Positions 1 to 14,250 of a DNA stretch of 64,000 nt are shown here, piece after piece. The stretch's first letter is position 1. Each line of letters starts with the position of its first letter. Position numbers and translations under genes: made by a program. Below the pieces are notes generated by a model. The model made no database searches, was not told where the DNA came from, and saw only the letters and a list, made by a program, of their open reading frames with translations. The stretch spans positions 576,001 to 640,000 of the forward strand of contig CAWDVR010000002.1 of the NCBI GenBank assembly GCA_963805975.1. The letters are read 5' to 3'. This DNA is from an uncultured Acidobacteriota bacterium (GTDB taxonomy: Bacteria; Acidobacteriota; Thermoanaerobaculia; Multivoradales; SZUA-115).

Positions 1-2
1 AG

Positions 3-893
3 GCCGGCGGCGAGTCCGCCGCCTACCTACGCGACCTCAAGGCGAGGGGTTGGGCCTTTCTCGCCAACGCCCGCCGGATCCGCTCCGACCTGGCGTCGTC
101 CGAAAAGGCGTTCTCGGTCGCCCGGCAGCTCCTGGCCGATGGCTCGGGCGATCCCATCGAGCGGGCGCAGGTGATGGAGCTCGAGGTCTCGCTGCTGCGC
201 GCCCAGCGCCGCTTCGAGGACGGCGCCAACCTGCTCAAGCAGGTGATCCGTTCCTACCGCCGGGCCGGCGAGCCACACTTGGCCGGCCGCGCGCTGATCA
301 AGCAGGCCATGCTGCTGCGCGAGGCTGGTCAGCCGCTCCAGGGCATTCCCTTGCTCGAAAGGGCAGCGGTGCTGATCGACCCGGAGACCGAGCCCCGGCT
401 GCTCTGCTGCCTGCGTCAGAACCAGCTCACCCTGCTGAACGAGAGCGGGCGCACGAGCGAGGCCGAAGCGCTCCTGCCCCAGGTCCGCCGGCTGGTGCTG
501 CGACACGGCACGCGCATCGATCTGCTCCGCTTTCACTGGACGGCCGGCAACATCGCCGCCAGCCTGGGCCGGCTGGACCGCGCCGAGGCCAACCTGCGCC
601 AGTCGCGAGCCGGCTTCCTGGTGGAAAGCATCCCGCTCGACGTGGCGCTGGTGTCGCTCGACCTCGCGAGCCTGCTGCTCAAGCAGGGCCGCACCGGCGA
701 GACCAAGGCGCTGGTGGCCGAGGTGGTGCCGCTCTTTCACGCCATCCACGTCCAGCGCGAGGCCTTGGCCGCGACCCTGCTCTTCACCGCCGCGGTCGAA
801 CGCGAGACCCTGACCCTGCACCATCTCGAGCAGCTCTCCTCGCTGCTGCGGCAGGCGGCCGGCGCGCGCCCGGCGGCAGCCGAGATCAGCTAA
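3..893 (+). CDS. TPR-like helical repeat protein, 5'-truncated by the window edge; paralogue of 48185..49384
   Basis: The frame of ORF 171..893 is open back to base 3 (…LRDLKARGWAFLANARRIRSDL…). It aligns by eye along its whole length with 48185..49384 (DLRAQRWAYLGNARRIQSDF; ALVSLDLA; REALAA). Confidence 0.8.
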   Translation, partial: AGGESAAYLRDLKARGWAFLANARRIRSDLASSEKAFSVARQLLADGSGDPIERAQVMELEVSLLRAQRRFEDGANLLKQVIRSYRRAGEPHLAGRALIKQAMLLREAGQPLQGIPLLERAAVLIDPETEPRLLCCLRQNQLTLLNESGRTSEAEALLPQVRRLVLRHGTRIDLLRFHWTAGNIAASLGRLDRAEANLRQSRAGFLVESIPLDVALVSLDLASLLLKQGRTGETKALVAEVVPLFHAIHVQREALAATLLFTAAVERETLTLHHLEQLSSLLRQAAGARPAAAEIS

Positions 894-966
894 CGCGACG
901 AAGCCTGCTGCGCGGGCCCCTCTGCGGCGTCGCAGACCGGCCCGCTCCTGGCTCAGCACCTCTCAG

Positions 967-995
967 TTGACGTTCCGCGTCCGCTCAAGTAAAAC
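967..995 (+). promoter_or_regulatory. sigma70-like promoter of prfC
   Basis: TTGACG (967-972), 17-nt spacer, TAAAAC (990-995), 11 nt before the ATG; no SD present. Confidence 0.5.
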
Positions 996-1006
996 CTCGC
1001 CTCTGC

Positions 1007-2596
<1,590 letters not shown>

Positions 2597-2611
2597 TACC
2601 GTAAAAAGGTC

Positions 2612-2937
2612 ATGGGCCGCTCTTCCCTCGACGCCACCCACGAGCCCGGCCTTGCCACCCGCAAGGAACAGAAGGTCGAGCGGCCGCGGCGGTTCAAGGT
2701 GCTGTTGCACAACGACGATTACACTTCGATGGACTTCGTGGTCACGGTGCTGCGGAACCACTTCCACAAGCCTCCTGCCGAGGCCACCCAGGTGATGCTC
2801 GAGGTGCATCACCGCGGGGTGGGGGTGGCCGGCACCTACCCGCGCGAGATGGCCGAGACCAAGGTCGCCACGGTCACCGCCGCGGCGCGGGCCGAGGGCA
2901 TGCCGCTGCTCTTGACCCTGGAAGAGGAGGGCGTCTC

Positions 2938-2941
<4 letters not shown>
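2612..2941 (+). CDS. clpS: ATP-dependent Clp protease adaptor ClpS
   Basis: KVLLHNDDYTSMDFV…MLEVHHRG motif; immediately upstream of clpA. Confidence 0.95.
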
Positions 2942-5259
<2,318 letters not shown>

Positions 5260-5352
5260 CGCCGTCACCGATGCTCGCTTAGCGTCCGGCTCGACCTGCG
5301 GGTCGCGGCAGAACCCCTCTACCCAACGAGACCCTGTACCCAGGAGGACCCC

Positions 5353-6864
5353 ATGTCGGAGCCGGCCAGAGTCGTCATCATCGGGGGAGGAGCGAGCGGC
5401 ACCCTGCTCGCGGCGCATTTGCTGCGCACCGGAATCGGCCGCCCCCTGTCGATCGCGCTCCTCGACCGCGCCGCCGCCTTCAGCCGCGGCCTCGCCTACG
5501 GCGCCGGTGCCGGGGACCACCTGCTCAACGTGCCGGCCGGCCGCATGAGCGCTTTCCCCGACGATCCGGACCACTTCCTCCGCTTCGCCCAGGAGCGGGA
5601 CTCCGCCGTCGTCGCGGGCACCTTCCTGCCCCGCCGCACCTTCGGCGACTACCTCGAGGCCACGCTCGCCCGGGCGGAGGCCGAGGCCGCTCCCGGCGCG
5701 AGCCTCGAGCGCCGGCCGGAGGAGGCGAAGGCGGTCCGACCCACCGGCGCCGGCGGACGCCTGCGCGTGGAGCTCGCGGGCGGCGGCTCCTTGCTGGGCG
5801 ACCGGATGGTGCTGGCGCTCGGCAACCTGCCCCCGACCGACCGACCGCCGCTGGCTCGGCTCGAGGCGAGCGTGCGCTGGGTGGAAGATCCGTGGAGCTT
5901 CCTCGGGGACTTCCCCGCGGACGGCAGCACCGAGCCCATCCTCCTCCTCGGCACCGGTCTCACCATGATCGACGTGGCGCTCGGGCTCCGCCAGCGGGGC
6001 CACACCGGCCCGCTGTACGCCGTCTCGCGGCGAGGCCAGCTGCCCCAGGCGCACCGCGCCGCGCCCTCTCCGGTGCCCGCCGCCGCGGACGGACGGCCGC
6101 CGCTCGCCGCGCGCCTCGCCGAGGGCCCTGCCCGGGTGCGCGCCTGGCTGCGGGAAGTGCGCGCGGAAGTCCGGGCGGCGCTCGCCACCGGCGGCGACTG
6201 GCGGCCGGTGCTGGACGGCCTGCGGGCCACCACCCCGGCCCTCTGGCGGCGCCTGCCGGCCGCCGAGCGCGCCCGGTTCCTGCGTCACCTGCAGCCGTAC
6301 TGGGACACTCACCGCCACCGCATGGCGCCCCGGATCGGCGCCGAGATCGAGGATCTGCTCGCCGGGGGCGCTCTCACCGTGCTCGCCGGCCGCGTGATCG
6401 ACACGCACGAGGAGCCCGGCGCCGTGACGGTCACCGTGCGCGCCCGCCGCGGCGGCGCGCGCATCAGCCTGGCGGTGGCGCGGATCATCGACTGCACCGG
6501 GCCGGCCCGCGACCTGGCACGGGCCGAGGAGCTGCTCCTCGCCGACCTGACCGGCCGCGGCCAGGCGCGGTTCGATACACTCGGCCTCGGTTTGGATGCC
6601 TCGCCCGACGGTGCGCTGCTGGACCGCAAGGGCACGCCGTCGCGCCGCCTCTACGCCCTGGGCACTCTGCTCAAGGGCCGCGACTGGGAATCGACCGCCG
6701 TCCCCGAGCTGCGCCGCCAAGCCGCGGAGCTGGCGGCGACCCTCGCCGCCTCGCTGGCGGCCGAGGGCCAGCCGGAGGCACCCCGTCGCTCGCCGGCAGA
6801 TGCGGCCGCGGGCGGCGCGGCCATGAAGAGCTCGGCGGCGGGCGGCGAAGCGATCGGAGCGTAG
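5353..6864 (+). CDS. FAD/NAD(P)-binding oxidoreductase (YdhS-like)
   Basis: IIGGGASG, GLAY, LLNVPAGRMSAFPDDP, GTGLTMID and WESTAVPELR motifs; SD AGGAGG upstream. Confidence 0.85.
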   Translation: MSEPARVVIIGGGASGTLLAAHLLRTGIGRPLSIALLDRAAAFSRGLAYGAGAGDHLLNVPAGRMSAFPDDPDHFLRFAQERDSAVVAGTFLPRRTFGDYLEATLARAEAEAAPGASLERRPEEAKAVRPTGAGGRLRVELAGGGSLLGDRMVLALGNLPPTDRPPLARLEASVRWVEDPWSFLGDFPADGSTEPILLLGTGLTMIDVALGLRQRGHTGPLYAVSRRGQLPQAHRAAPSPVPAAADGRPPLAARLAEGPARVRAWLREVRAEVRAALATGGDWRPVLDGLRATTPALWRRLPAAERARFLRHLQPYWDTHRHRMAPRIGAEIEDLLAGGALTVLAGRVIDTHEEPGAVTVTVRARRGGARISLAVARIIDCTGPARDLARAEELLLADLTGRGQARFDTLGLGLDASPDGALLDRKGTPSRRLYALGTLLKGRDWESTAVPELRRQAAELAATLAASLAAEGQPEAPRRSPADAAAGGAAMKSSAAGGEAIGA

Positions 6865-6866
6865 AC

Positions 6867-8726
6867 GTGTCCATCGTCCTCGAGCAGCTCACCAAGCGCT
6901 ACCAGGGCCACCCGGTGGTCCACAACCTCTCGCTCGAGGTCACGGACCGCGAGCTGCTGGTGCTCCTGGGGCCCTCCGGCAGCGGCAAGAGCACAGTGCT
7001 GCGCATGATCGCCGGTCTCACCGAGGTAGACAGCGGGCGCATCGTGCTCCACGGCCGGGAGGTCACCCATCTCTCGCCGCAGCGCCGGGGCGTGGGCTTC
7101 GTGTTCCAGAGCTACGCCTTGTTCCGCGGCATGACGGTGGCCGAGAACGTGGAGTTCGCGCTCAAGATCCGCGGCGTGGCCGGCGCCGAGCGCCGCCGCC
7201 GGCGGGACGAGCTGCTGGAGCTGGTGGGCCTGGCGGGTCTCGCCGGCCGCATGCCCCGCCAGCTCTCCGGCGGCCAGCAGCAGCGGGTGGCGCTGGCGCG
7301 GGCCCTCGCCCACCAGCCCGAGGTGCTGCTGCTCGACGAGCCCTTCGGTGCGCTCGACGCCCGCATCCGCACCGAGCTGCGGCGCAGCATCCGCGCCATC
7401 CAGCGCGAGCTGGGCATCACCACCGTCTTCGTCACCCACGACCAGGAGGAGGCCTTCGAGCTCGCCGACCGCGTGGCCGTGATGCACTTCGGCCGCCTGC
7501 TCGAGGTGGGCCCGCCCGAGGAGCTCTACCTGCGGCCGGAGACCGAGTTCGTGGCCACCTTCCTCGGCACCGCCAACCTGATGGTGGGCGAGGCCACGGA
7601 TGAGGGCGTGCGGCTGGGGCCGGTCAGCTTCCCGCTCCAGACCCACGCCAACGGCTCGCCCGTGCCGCGCCGCGTGCAGGTGCTGTTCCGGCCCGAGGAC
7701 GTGGCGGTCAAGGACTCGGCGACCGCCCTCGACCATCCGCTGCTCGGCGAGGCCGTGGTCGAGCAATCTACCTTCATCGGCTCGGTCGAGCGGCTGCGGC
7801 TGCGGCTGCCGCCGCTTCCCGGCGCGCGGCCGATCTCGCCGCCGGCGCCCTTCGGCGGCGACTTCGTGCTGGTCGAGGCCAGCCGCTCGCAGCACCAGGC
7901 GCGGCGCTACCCGCTGGCGCCCGGCGACAAGGCCTGGGTGGGCGTGCGCCGCGTGCACGCGCTGGTGCACCCGGGGCTCTCGCTGCTCCTCGCGACGGAC
8001 GGCTCGCCCACCGCCCAAGCGGCCCTCGCCCTGGGCGGCCACATCGGCCGCCTCGCCCACGCGCGGGTGACGGTGCTGGCGACCGGCGGCGACGAAGCCG
8101 AGCTCTCGGCCCGCACCGAGGACGCGAAAGAGCAGCTCGGCGCGGGCCTGGCGGCGCTCGACATCCGCACCGTGCCGCCGCCGCTCGCCGCAGCCCTGGC
8201 CCGCGAGGCGGAGCGGCAGTCGCACGACCTGGCGATCCTGGGCGCCGAGGCCGACGAGGCGGTGGAGGCAGCCGAGCGTACGCTCGCCGCCGGCGAGCCG
8301 CACGTGCTGGTGGTCGGCGGCCCGGCGCCGCCGCCGACCCGCCTGCTGATCTGCGTGGCGGTGGGCGAGCCGGGCAAGGACGACGTGCTGTTCGCCGCCC
8401 GCCTCGCCCGCCACCTGGGCGCCGAGGCCACGGTGCTCACCGTGCTCCGCGACGGCGACACCCCGGCCGCCGCCGAGCGCTTTCTCGCCGCCAGCGCCCG
8501 CACCCTGGTGCGCCTCGGAGTGCCGGCCAAGACCGCGCTGCGGCGCGGCGAGCCACGGACCGAGATCCTCGCCGAGGCGGCGCAAGGCGATCACTCGCTG
8601 ATCGTGCTGGGGGCGCCGCTCCCCGACCACCGGGGCCGGGTGGTGCTCTCGGGCGTCGCGGCGGCGGTGCTCCAGACCAGCGGGCGCCCGGTGCTGATCG
8701 TGCGCTCCGGCGAGGGCGCGCAGTGA
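6867..8726 (+). CDS. CysA-like ABC ATP-binding protein fused to two C-terminal universal stress protein (USP) domains
   Basis: GTG start at 6867. [35 protein letters not shown]; C-terminal LLLATDGS… and …LIVLG…SGVAAAVL…PVLIV USP-like motifs. Confidence 0.85.
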   Translation: MSIVLEQLTKRYQGHPVVHNLSLEVTDRELLVLLGPSGSGKSTVLRMIAGLTEVDSGRIVLHGREVTHLSPQRRGVGFVFQSYALFRGMTVAENVEFALKIRGVAGAERRRRRDELLELVGLAGLAGRMPRQLSGGQQQRVALARALAHQPEVLLLDEPFGALDARIRTELRRSIRAIQRELGITTVFVTHDQEEAFELADRVAVMHFGRLLEVGPPEELYLRPETEFVATFLGTANLMVGEATDEGVRLGPVSFPLQTHANGSPVPRRVQVLFRPEDVAVKDSATALDHPLLGEAVVEQSTFIGSVERLRLRLPPLPGARPISPPAPFGGDFVLVEASRSQHQARRYPLAPGDKAWVGVRRVHALVHPGLSLLLATDGSPTAQAALALGGHIGRLAHARVTVLATGGDEAELSARTEDAKEQLGAGLAALDIRTVPPPLAAALAREAERQSHDLAILGAEADEAVEAAERTLAAGEPHVLVVGGPAPPPTRLLICVAVGEPGKDDVLFAARLARHLGAEATVLTVLRDGDTPAAAERFLAASARTLVRLGVPAKTALRRGEPRTEILAEAAQGDHSLIVLGAPLPDHRGRVVLSGVAAAVLQTSGRPVLIVRSGEGAQ

Positions 8727-8778
8727 ACGGCGGCGCATCGGCATCCGACGCGCACCCAAGTCTCCCGAGGAACCGACG

Positions 8779-9836
8779 ATGAAGAACATAACGCTGCGTC
8801 ACCAGTTCGCCACCCTGAGCGCTCTCACCCTGTTGCTCTCACCGCTGGGCTGCGGCGGCGAAGCGCCGCAAAAGACGGCGGCCCCTTCGACCGGCGGCGA
8901 GGTCAAGCTGCTCAACGTCTCCTACGACCCGACCCGCGAGCTGTACCAGGACTTCAACGCCGCCTTCGCCAAGCACTGGCAGGCGAAGACCGGCGACACC
9001 GTCACCGTGCAGCAGTCCCACGGCGGCTCGGGCAAGCAGGCGCGCTCGGTGATCGACGGCCTGGAGGCCGACGTGGTGACCCTCGCCCTGGCCTACGACG
9101 TCGACGCCATCGCCAAGGCCGGCCTGCTCCCCGCCGACTGGCAGACGCGGCTGGCGGACAACAGCGCCCCCTACACCTCGACCATCGTCTTCCTGGTGCG
9201 CAAGGGCAACCCCAAGGGCATCAAGGACTGGGGCGATCTCGCCAAGCCCGGCGTGGCGGTCATCACCCCCAACCCCAAGACCTCGGGCGGCGCGCGCTGG
9301 AACTACCTCGCGGCGCTGGGCCTGGGCCCTCCGGCAGCCGGGCGGTGACGAGGCCAAGGCCAAGGACTTCGTCGAAGGCCCTCTTCGCCAACGTGCCGAT
9401 CCTCGACACCGGCGCCCGCGGCTCGACCATCACCTTCGTCGAGCGCGGCATCGGCGACGTGCTGCTCGCCTGGGAGAACGAGGCGCTCTACGCCGTCGAG
9501 ACGCTCGGCAAGGGCGATCTCGAGATCGTGGCGCCGTCGCTCTCGATCCTCGCCGAGCCGACGGTGGCGGTGGTGGACAAGGTGGTGGACAAGCACGGCA
9601 CCGCGGTGGTGGCCAAGGCCTACCTCGAGTACCTGTACTCGGCCGAGGGCCAGGAGATCGCGGCCCGCCACCACTACCGCCCGCGCCTGGCCGAGGTGGC
9701 GGCCCAGCACGCCAGCCACTTCCCCGAGATCGAGCTGATCACCATCGACGGCGTCTTCGGCGGCTGGGCCCGGGCGCAGAAGACGCACTTCGACGACGGC
9801 GGCGTGTTCGACCAGATCTCGACGGGCGGGCGCTGA
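8779..9836 (+). CDS. sbp: Sulfate ABC transporter substrate-binding lipoprotein; two apparent 1-nt insertions at ~9316 and ~9374
   Basis: [51 protein letters not shown]. Removing two bases restores [32 protein letters not shown]. Confidence 0.88.
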
Positions 9837-9838
9837 CG

Positions 9839-10717
9839 ATGGTGGATCCCCACCGGCAGGGAACCGGCACGCCGCGGCGGGGTCGGGGACGCGGTTCGGC
9901 CCTGCCCGGTTTCCGGCTGGCGATGGGGATCACCCTCCTCTACCTGTCGCTCGTGGTGCTGATCCCGCTCGCCGCGGTGTTCCTCAAGACCGCCACCCTC
10001 TCCTGGGAGGAGCTCTGGAGCACCGTGGCCTCGGCGCGGACCCTGGCGGCGTTCAAGCTCAGCCTGGGCGCTGCTTTCGCCGCGGCGGTGATCAACTCCT
10101 TCTTCGGGCTGCTCCTGGCCTGGGTGCTCGAGCGCTACCGGTTTCCCGGCAAGCGGCTGATCGACGCCATGGTCGACCTGCCCTTCGCCCTGCCCACCGC
10201 CGTCGCCGGCATTGCGCTCGCCTCGATCTACGCACCGGACGGCTGGATCGGCCGCTGGCTCGAGCCCCTGGGGCTCAAGGTGGCCTACACGCCGCTCGGC
10301 GTGGTGGTGGCGCTGACCTTCGTCAGCCTGCCGTTCGTGGTGCGCACCGTGCAGCCGGTGCTCGCCGACCTCGAGCCCGAGATCGAGGAGGCGGCGGCCT
10401 CCCTCGGGGCCGGGCGCTGGCGCACCTTCCGCTCGGTGCTCCTGCCCGAGCTGGCGCCGGCTCTCGCCACCGGCTTCGCCCTCGCCTTCGCCCGCGCCCT
10501 GGGCGAATACGGCTCGGTGATCTTCATCGCCGGCAATCTGCCGCTCAGATCCGAGATCACGCCGCTCCTCATCATGATCCAGCTCGAGCAGTACAACTAC
10601 GCCGGCGCCACGGCCATCGCCGTGGTGTTCCTGATGATCTCGTTCGCTCTTCTCCTGACCGTGAACATCCTGGCCTTCCGGCGCGGCCGCAAGCTCCGGG
10701 CGGTGGAGGTGGCCTGA
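9839..10717 (+). CDS. cysT: Sulfate ABC transporter permease CysT
   Basis: DLPFALPTAVAG, FVVRTVQPVL, EEAAASLGA, GEYGSVIFIAGNLP. Confidence 0.93.
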   Translation: MVDPHRQGTGTPRRGRGRGSALPGFRLAMGITLLYLSLVVLIPLAAVFLKTATLSWEELWSTVASARTLAAFKLSLGAAFAAAVINSFFGLLLAWVLERYRFPGKRLIDAMVDLPFALPTAVAGIALASIYAPDGWIGRWLEPLGLKVAYTPLGVVVALTFVSLPFVVRTVQPVLADLEPEIEEAAASLGAGRWRTFRSVLLPELAPALATGFALAFARALGEYGSVIFIAGNLPLRSEITPLLIMIQLEQYNYAGATAIAVVFLMISFALLLTVNILAFRRGRKLRAVEVA

Positions 10718-10718
10718 G

Positions 10719-11558
10719 ATGGCGGCCGGCCGCGAGCGCCGCCCGGCCCTCTCCGAGCCGCGCTGGGTGCGGGCGCTGCTGATCGGCATCGCTCTCGCCT
10801 TCCTCGCCCTCTTCCTCTTCGTGCCCCTCGCGGTGGTGTTCGTCAAGGCGCTCGAAGGCGGGGTCGAGGCCTACATGGCGGCGGTGAACGAGCCGATCGC
10901 GCTCGCCGCCGTGCGCCTGACGCTCCTGACCGCGGCGATCGTGGTGCCGGTCAACCTGGTGTTCGGGCTGGCGGCGGCGTGGGCGATCGCCAAGTTCCGC
11001 TTCCGCGGCCGCAACTTCCTGGTCACCCTGATCGACGTGCCGTTCGCCGTCTCGCCGGTGATCGCCGGCATGATGTTCGTGCTGCTCTTCGGGGCCAGCG
11101 GCCTGGTGGGACCGTGGTTTCTCGAACGGGACATCAAGATCATCTTCGCGCTGCCCGGCATCGTGCTGGCGACGCTCTTCGTCACCGCGCCGATGGTGGC
11201 GCGCGAGCTGATCCCGCTGCTCGAGGCCCAGGGCAACGACGAGGAGGAGGCGGCGATGACCCTCGGCGCCTCGGGCTGGCAGACCTTCTTCCGCGTCAGC
11301 CTGCCCAAGATCCGCTGGGGCCTGGCCTACGGTGTGATCCTCTGCAACGCGCGGGCGATGGGCGAGTTCGGTGCCGTGTCCGTGGTCTCCGGCCACATCC
11401 GCGGCGCCACCAACACGCTGCCGCTGCACGTCGAGATCCTCTACAACGAGTACCAGTTCCAGGCCGCCTTCGCCGTCGCCTCGTTGCTGACCCTCCTGGC
11501 GCTCGCCACGCTCGGCGTCAAGACCTGGATCGAGGCGCGCTCCCCCGGACGGCGCTGA
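10719..11558 (+). CDS. cysW: Sulfate ABC transporter permease CysW
   Basis: PFAVSPVIAG, ARELIPL, ARAMGEFGAVSVVSGHIRG, EILYNEY. Confidence 0.93.
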   Translation: MAAGRERRPALSEPRWVRALLIGIALAFLALFLFVPLAVVFVKALEGGVEAYMAAVNEPIALAAVRLTLLTAAIVVPVNLVFGLAAAWAIAKFRFRGRNFLVTLIDVPFAVSPVIAGMMFVLLFGASGLVGPWFLERDIKIIFALPGIVLATLFVTAPMVARELIPLLEAQGNDEEEAAMTLGASGWQTFFRVSLPKIRWGLAYGVILCNARAMGEFGAVSVVSGHIRGATNTLPLHVEILYNEYQFQAAFAVASLLTLLALATLGVKTWIEARSPGRR

Positions 11559-11565
11559 GGTCGCG

Positions 11566-12801
11566 ATGCGGGCCCAGCTCAGCACGCTCCTCGCCGCCCT
11601 GCTCCTCGCCGCGCTCCTGGCGTGGCTGTGGTCCCGGCGCCGCTCGGCGCAGGCCAACGAGCTCTCCTCGAGCCTCGAGGAGATGAAGAACCGCCTGCTC
11701 AAGATGACCGCCGAGCTCCAGCGCCGCCAGGCCGAGGCCGAGGCGGTGCTCACCGGCATCACCGAGGGCGTCTTCGCCGTCGACCGCGACCGCCGGGTGC
11801 GCTACCTGAACCCGCACGCGGCGACGCTCCTGGGGATCGCACCCGAGGAGGCACTCGGCCGTTTCTGCGGCGAGGTGCTCAACGCGCGCCGTGCCGACGG
11901 CAGCCAGCCCTGCGACGACGCCTGCCCGATCGTTCACGCCCGCTTCCGCGGCTCCACCCGCGCCAGCGAAAACCTGGTGCTGGCCTCGGGCCGGCGGCGG
12001 ACGGTGGTGATCACCAGCGCCCCGCCCACGGCGGGCCCGGCCGCGCTCGAGTCGCAGCGCGGCCCGCAGCAGTTCCAGGTGCTGCGCGACGAGACCGAGG
12101 TCGAGGCCTCGCGACGCCTGCGCGACGCCGTGCTCGCCAACGTCTCGCACGAGTTCAAGACCCCGCTCGCCGCGCAGCTCGCCTCGATCGAGCTCCTGGC
12201 CGACCGGCTGTCGCGCTCGGGCGACGGCGAGTCCATGCAGCTCGTGGCCTCGCTCGAGCGCGGTGCGCTGCGTCTCACCCAGCTCGTCGACAACCTGCTC
12301 GAGAGCGTGCGCATCGAGGCCGGCCAGCTCGGCGTGCGCCGCCAGCCGGTGGCGCTCGACGAGGTGGTGGAGGAAGCGGTGGAGCTCGCCACCCCGCTCC
12401 TCTCGCAGCGCGGGCAGCAGCTCTCCGTCGAGCTGCCCTATCCCCTCCCCGCCGTGCAGGGCGACGCGACGCGGCTGGCGCAGGTCTTCGTCAACCTGCT
12501 CGCCAACGCCAACAAGTACGCACCCGCCGGCTCCACGATCCGCATCCGCGGCGAAGTGCGCGATGCGGCGGTGTCGCTGGTGGTCGAGGACGAAGGGCCG
12601 GGGCTGCCGGCCGGCAGCGAGCGGGCGGTCTTCGAGCGCTTCTTCCGTTCTCCCGGCGAGGAGCCCGGCGAGAGCGGAATGGGCCTGGGGCTCGCGATCG
12701 TCAAATCGATCGTCGAGCGCCACGGCGGCACGGTGGCGGCCGAGCCCCTGCCCGGTGGCAGCCGCTTCCGCGTCACACTGCCGGTCGAGGAGGCGGCATG
12801 A
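11566..12801 (+). CDS. Membrane-anchored PAS sensor histidine kinase
   Basis: N-terminal TM segment, PAS domain, H-box NVSHEFKTPL, NLLANANKY, DEGPG, GMGLGLAI. Confidence 0.9.
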   Translation: MRAQLSTLLAALLLAALLAWLWSRRRSAQANELSSSLEEMKNRLLKMTAELQRRQAEAEAVLTGITEGVFAVDRDRRVRYLNPHAATLLGIAPEEALGRFCGEVLNARRADGSQPCDDACPIVHARFRGSTRASENLVLASGRRRTVVITSAPPTAGPAALESQRGPQQFQVLRDETEVEASRRLRDAVLANVSHEFKTPLAAQLASIELLADRLSRSGDGESMQLVASLERGALRLTQLVDNLLESVRIEAGQLGVRRQPVALDEVVEEAVELATPLLSQRGQQLSVELPYPLPAVQGDATRLAQVFVNLLANANKYAPAGSTIRIRGEVRDAAVSLVVEDEGPGLPAGSERAVFERFFRSPGEEPGESGMGLGLAIVKSIVERHGGTVAAEPLPGGSRFRVTLPVEEAA

Positions 12802-13499
12802 AGGTCCTGGCCGTCGACGACGACGCCGATCTCCTCGCCCTGGTGGCTTTCGCGCTGCGCCAGGCCGGCTACTTCGTGGTGGAGGCGGTGGACGGGCCGG
12901 CGGCGCTCGCCGCCTTCGCGGCAGAAGAGCCGGGCCTGGTGATCCTCGACGTGAACCTGCCCGGCCTCGACGGCTTCGAGGTCTGCCGGCGGCTGCGCGC
13001 CACCTCTCGCGTGCCGATCCTCTTTCTCACCGTGCGCGGCGGCGAGGAGGACCTGGTGCGCGGCCTCGACCTGGGCGCCGACGACTACCTCACCAAGCCC
13101 TTCTCGCCGCGCACCCTGCTCGCCAGGGTGCGGGCGCTGCTGCGCCGCGGCGGCTTCGAGGCCCCGGCGCGGCTCGGCGCCGGCGACTTCAGCCTCGATG
13201 TGGACGCGCAGGCAGTGACCGTGGCCGGCGGCCCTCCCCGGCGGCTCACCCGCCTCGAGCTCCGCCTGCTCCAGTTCCTGCTCGCCCACGCCGGCAAGCC
13301 GGTGCTCGCCGAGCGCCTGCTCTCCCACGTCTGGGGCCACCGCGGCAGCGGCGACCGCCAGCTCCTGAAGCAGCTCGTCCACCGCCTGCGCCAGAAGATC
13401 GAAACCGACGCCGCGGCACCCAAGTACCTGCTGACCGTGGCGGGCGTGGGGTATGTGCTGGAGGCGGAGGGCGGGGCGGGCACCGGCACCGCGACCTGA
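12798..13499 (+). CDS. OmpR-family response regulator
   Basis: ATG at 12798 overlaps the kinase stop. VLAVDDD, ILDVNLPGLDG, GADDYLTKPF, winged-helix C-terminus (TVAGVGY). Confidence 0.92.
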   Translation: MKVLAVDDDADLLALVAFALRQAGYFVVEAVDGPAALAAFAAEEPGLVILDVNLPGLDGFEVCRRLRATSRVPILFLTVRGGEEDLVRGLDLGADDYLTKPFSPRTLLARVRALLRRGGFEAPARLGAGDFSLDVDAQAVTVAGGPPRRLTRLELRLLQFLLAHAGKPVLAERLLSHVWGHRGSGDRQLLKQLVHRLRQKIETDAAAPKYLLTVAGVGYVLEAEGGAGTGTAT

Positions 13500-13534
13500 G
13501 TACAAAAGGCACACGACCCTGCTAGACTGCGCGG

Positions 13535-13810
13535 GTGAAGTTCTTCGCCTGGTCGCCGGAGAAGAACGAGGAGATTCGAGCAGCCCGGGGCATTTCCTTC
13601 GAGGAGGTCGTGTTCCACATCGAGCGTGGCGACGTCGTCGATCTCCTGGAGCACCCTAACCAGGATCGGTATCCGGGTCAGCGGGTCTTTGTCGTGGCCA
13701 TCGACGACTACGCTTACCTGGTGCCCTTTGTCGAAGACGAGCAACAGGTGTTCCTGAAGACCATCATTCCGAGCCGGAAGGCGACACGGGACTATCTCGG
13801 AGGCCGGTGA
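13535..13810 (+). CDS. BrnT-like toxin of a type II TA pair
   Basis: FAWSPEKNE…RGISFEEV…LKTIIPSRKAT; 91 aa; stop overlaps the antitoxin start. Confidence 0.8.
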   Translation: MKFFAWSPEKNEEIRAARGISFEEVVFHIERGDVVDLLEHPNQDRYPGQRVFVVAIDDYAYLVPFVEDEQQVFLKTIIPSRKATRDYLGGR

Positions 13811-14085
13811 TGTCGAAAGTGAACAAGGACGAGCGCGAGCTTTTGAGATCGGTCGAGGCGGGTGAATGGCGGAGTGTGGCGGGCAGTAAGGAGGAGCTCC
13901 GCCGCTATCATGACATCGCGGGTGCCACCCTCCGCAAGGACCAGCGCGTGAACATCCGCATTACCCGCCAGGACCTCGAGGCGATCAAGAAGCGCGCGGT
14001 GACCGAGGGCATCCCCTACCAGACCTTGATCGCGAGCGTGCTGCACAAGTACCTGTCCGGCCGGCTGCGGGAGCTGGGCGCGTAG
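13810..14085 (+). CDS. CopG/RHH-type antitoxin
   Basis: KDQRVNIRI…DLEAIK…EGIPYQTLIASVLHKY ribbon-helix-helix signature, downstream of the toxin. Confidence 0.8.
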   Translation: MSKVNKDERELLRSVEAGEWRSVAGSKEELRRYHDIAGATLRKDQRVNIRITRQDLEAIKKRAVTEGIPYQTLIASVLHKYLSGRLRELGA

Positions 14086-14250
14086 CCCACGCGCCTGCTC
14101 GATCGCGGCTCCTGCATTTGGATACTGGCCGGTACCTACCGCCCCTCGACCAGGATCTCGAGGCCCTCATGGTGCACGGCTGGCACTTCGATCGCAGCCT
14201 CGTTCGCTCGGACTCCTGACCCCGCTCACCTGCTCACCGACTGCCGACCC

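Noticed and set aside
9300-9380. Programmed frameshift or split gene in sbp
   Set aside because: Two simple 1-nt insertions restore a canonical Sbp and there is no slippery sequence; a sequencing error is more likely.
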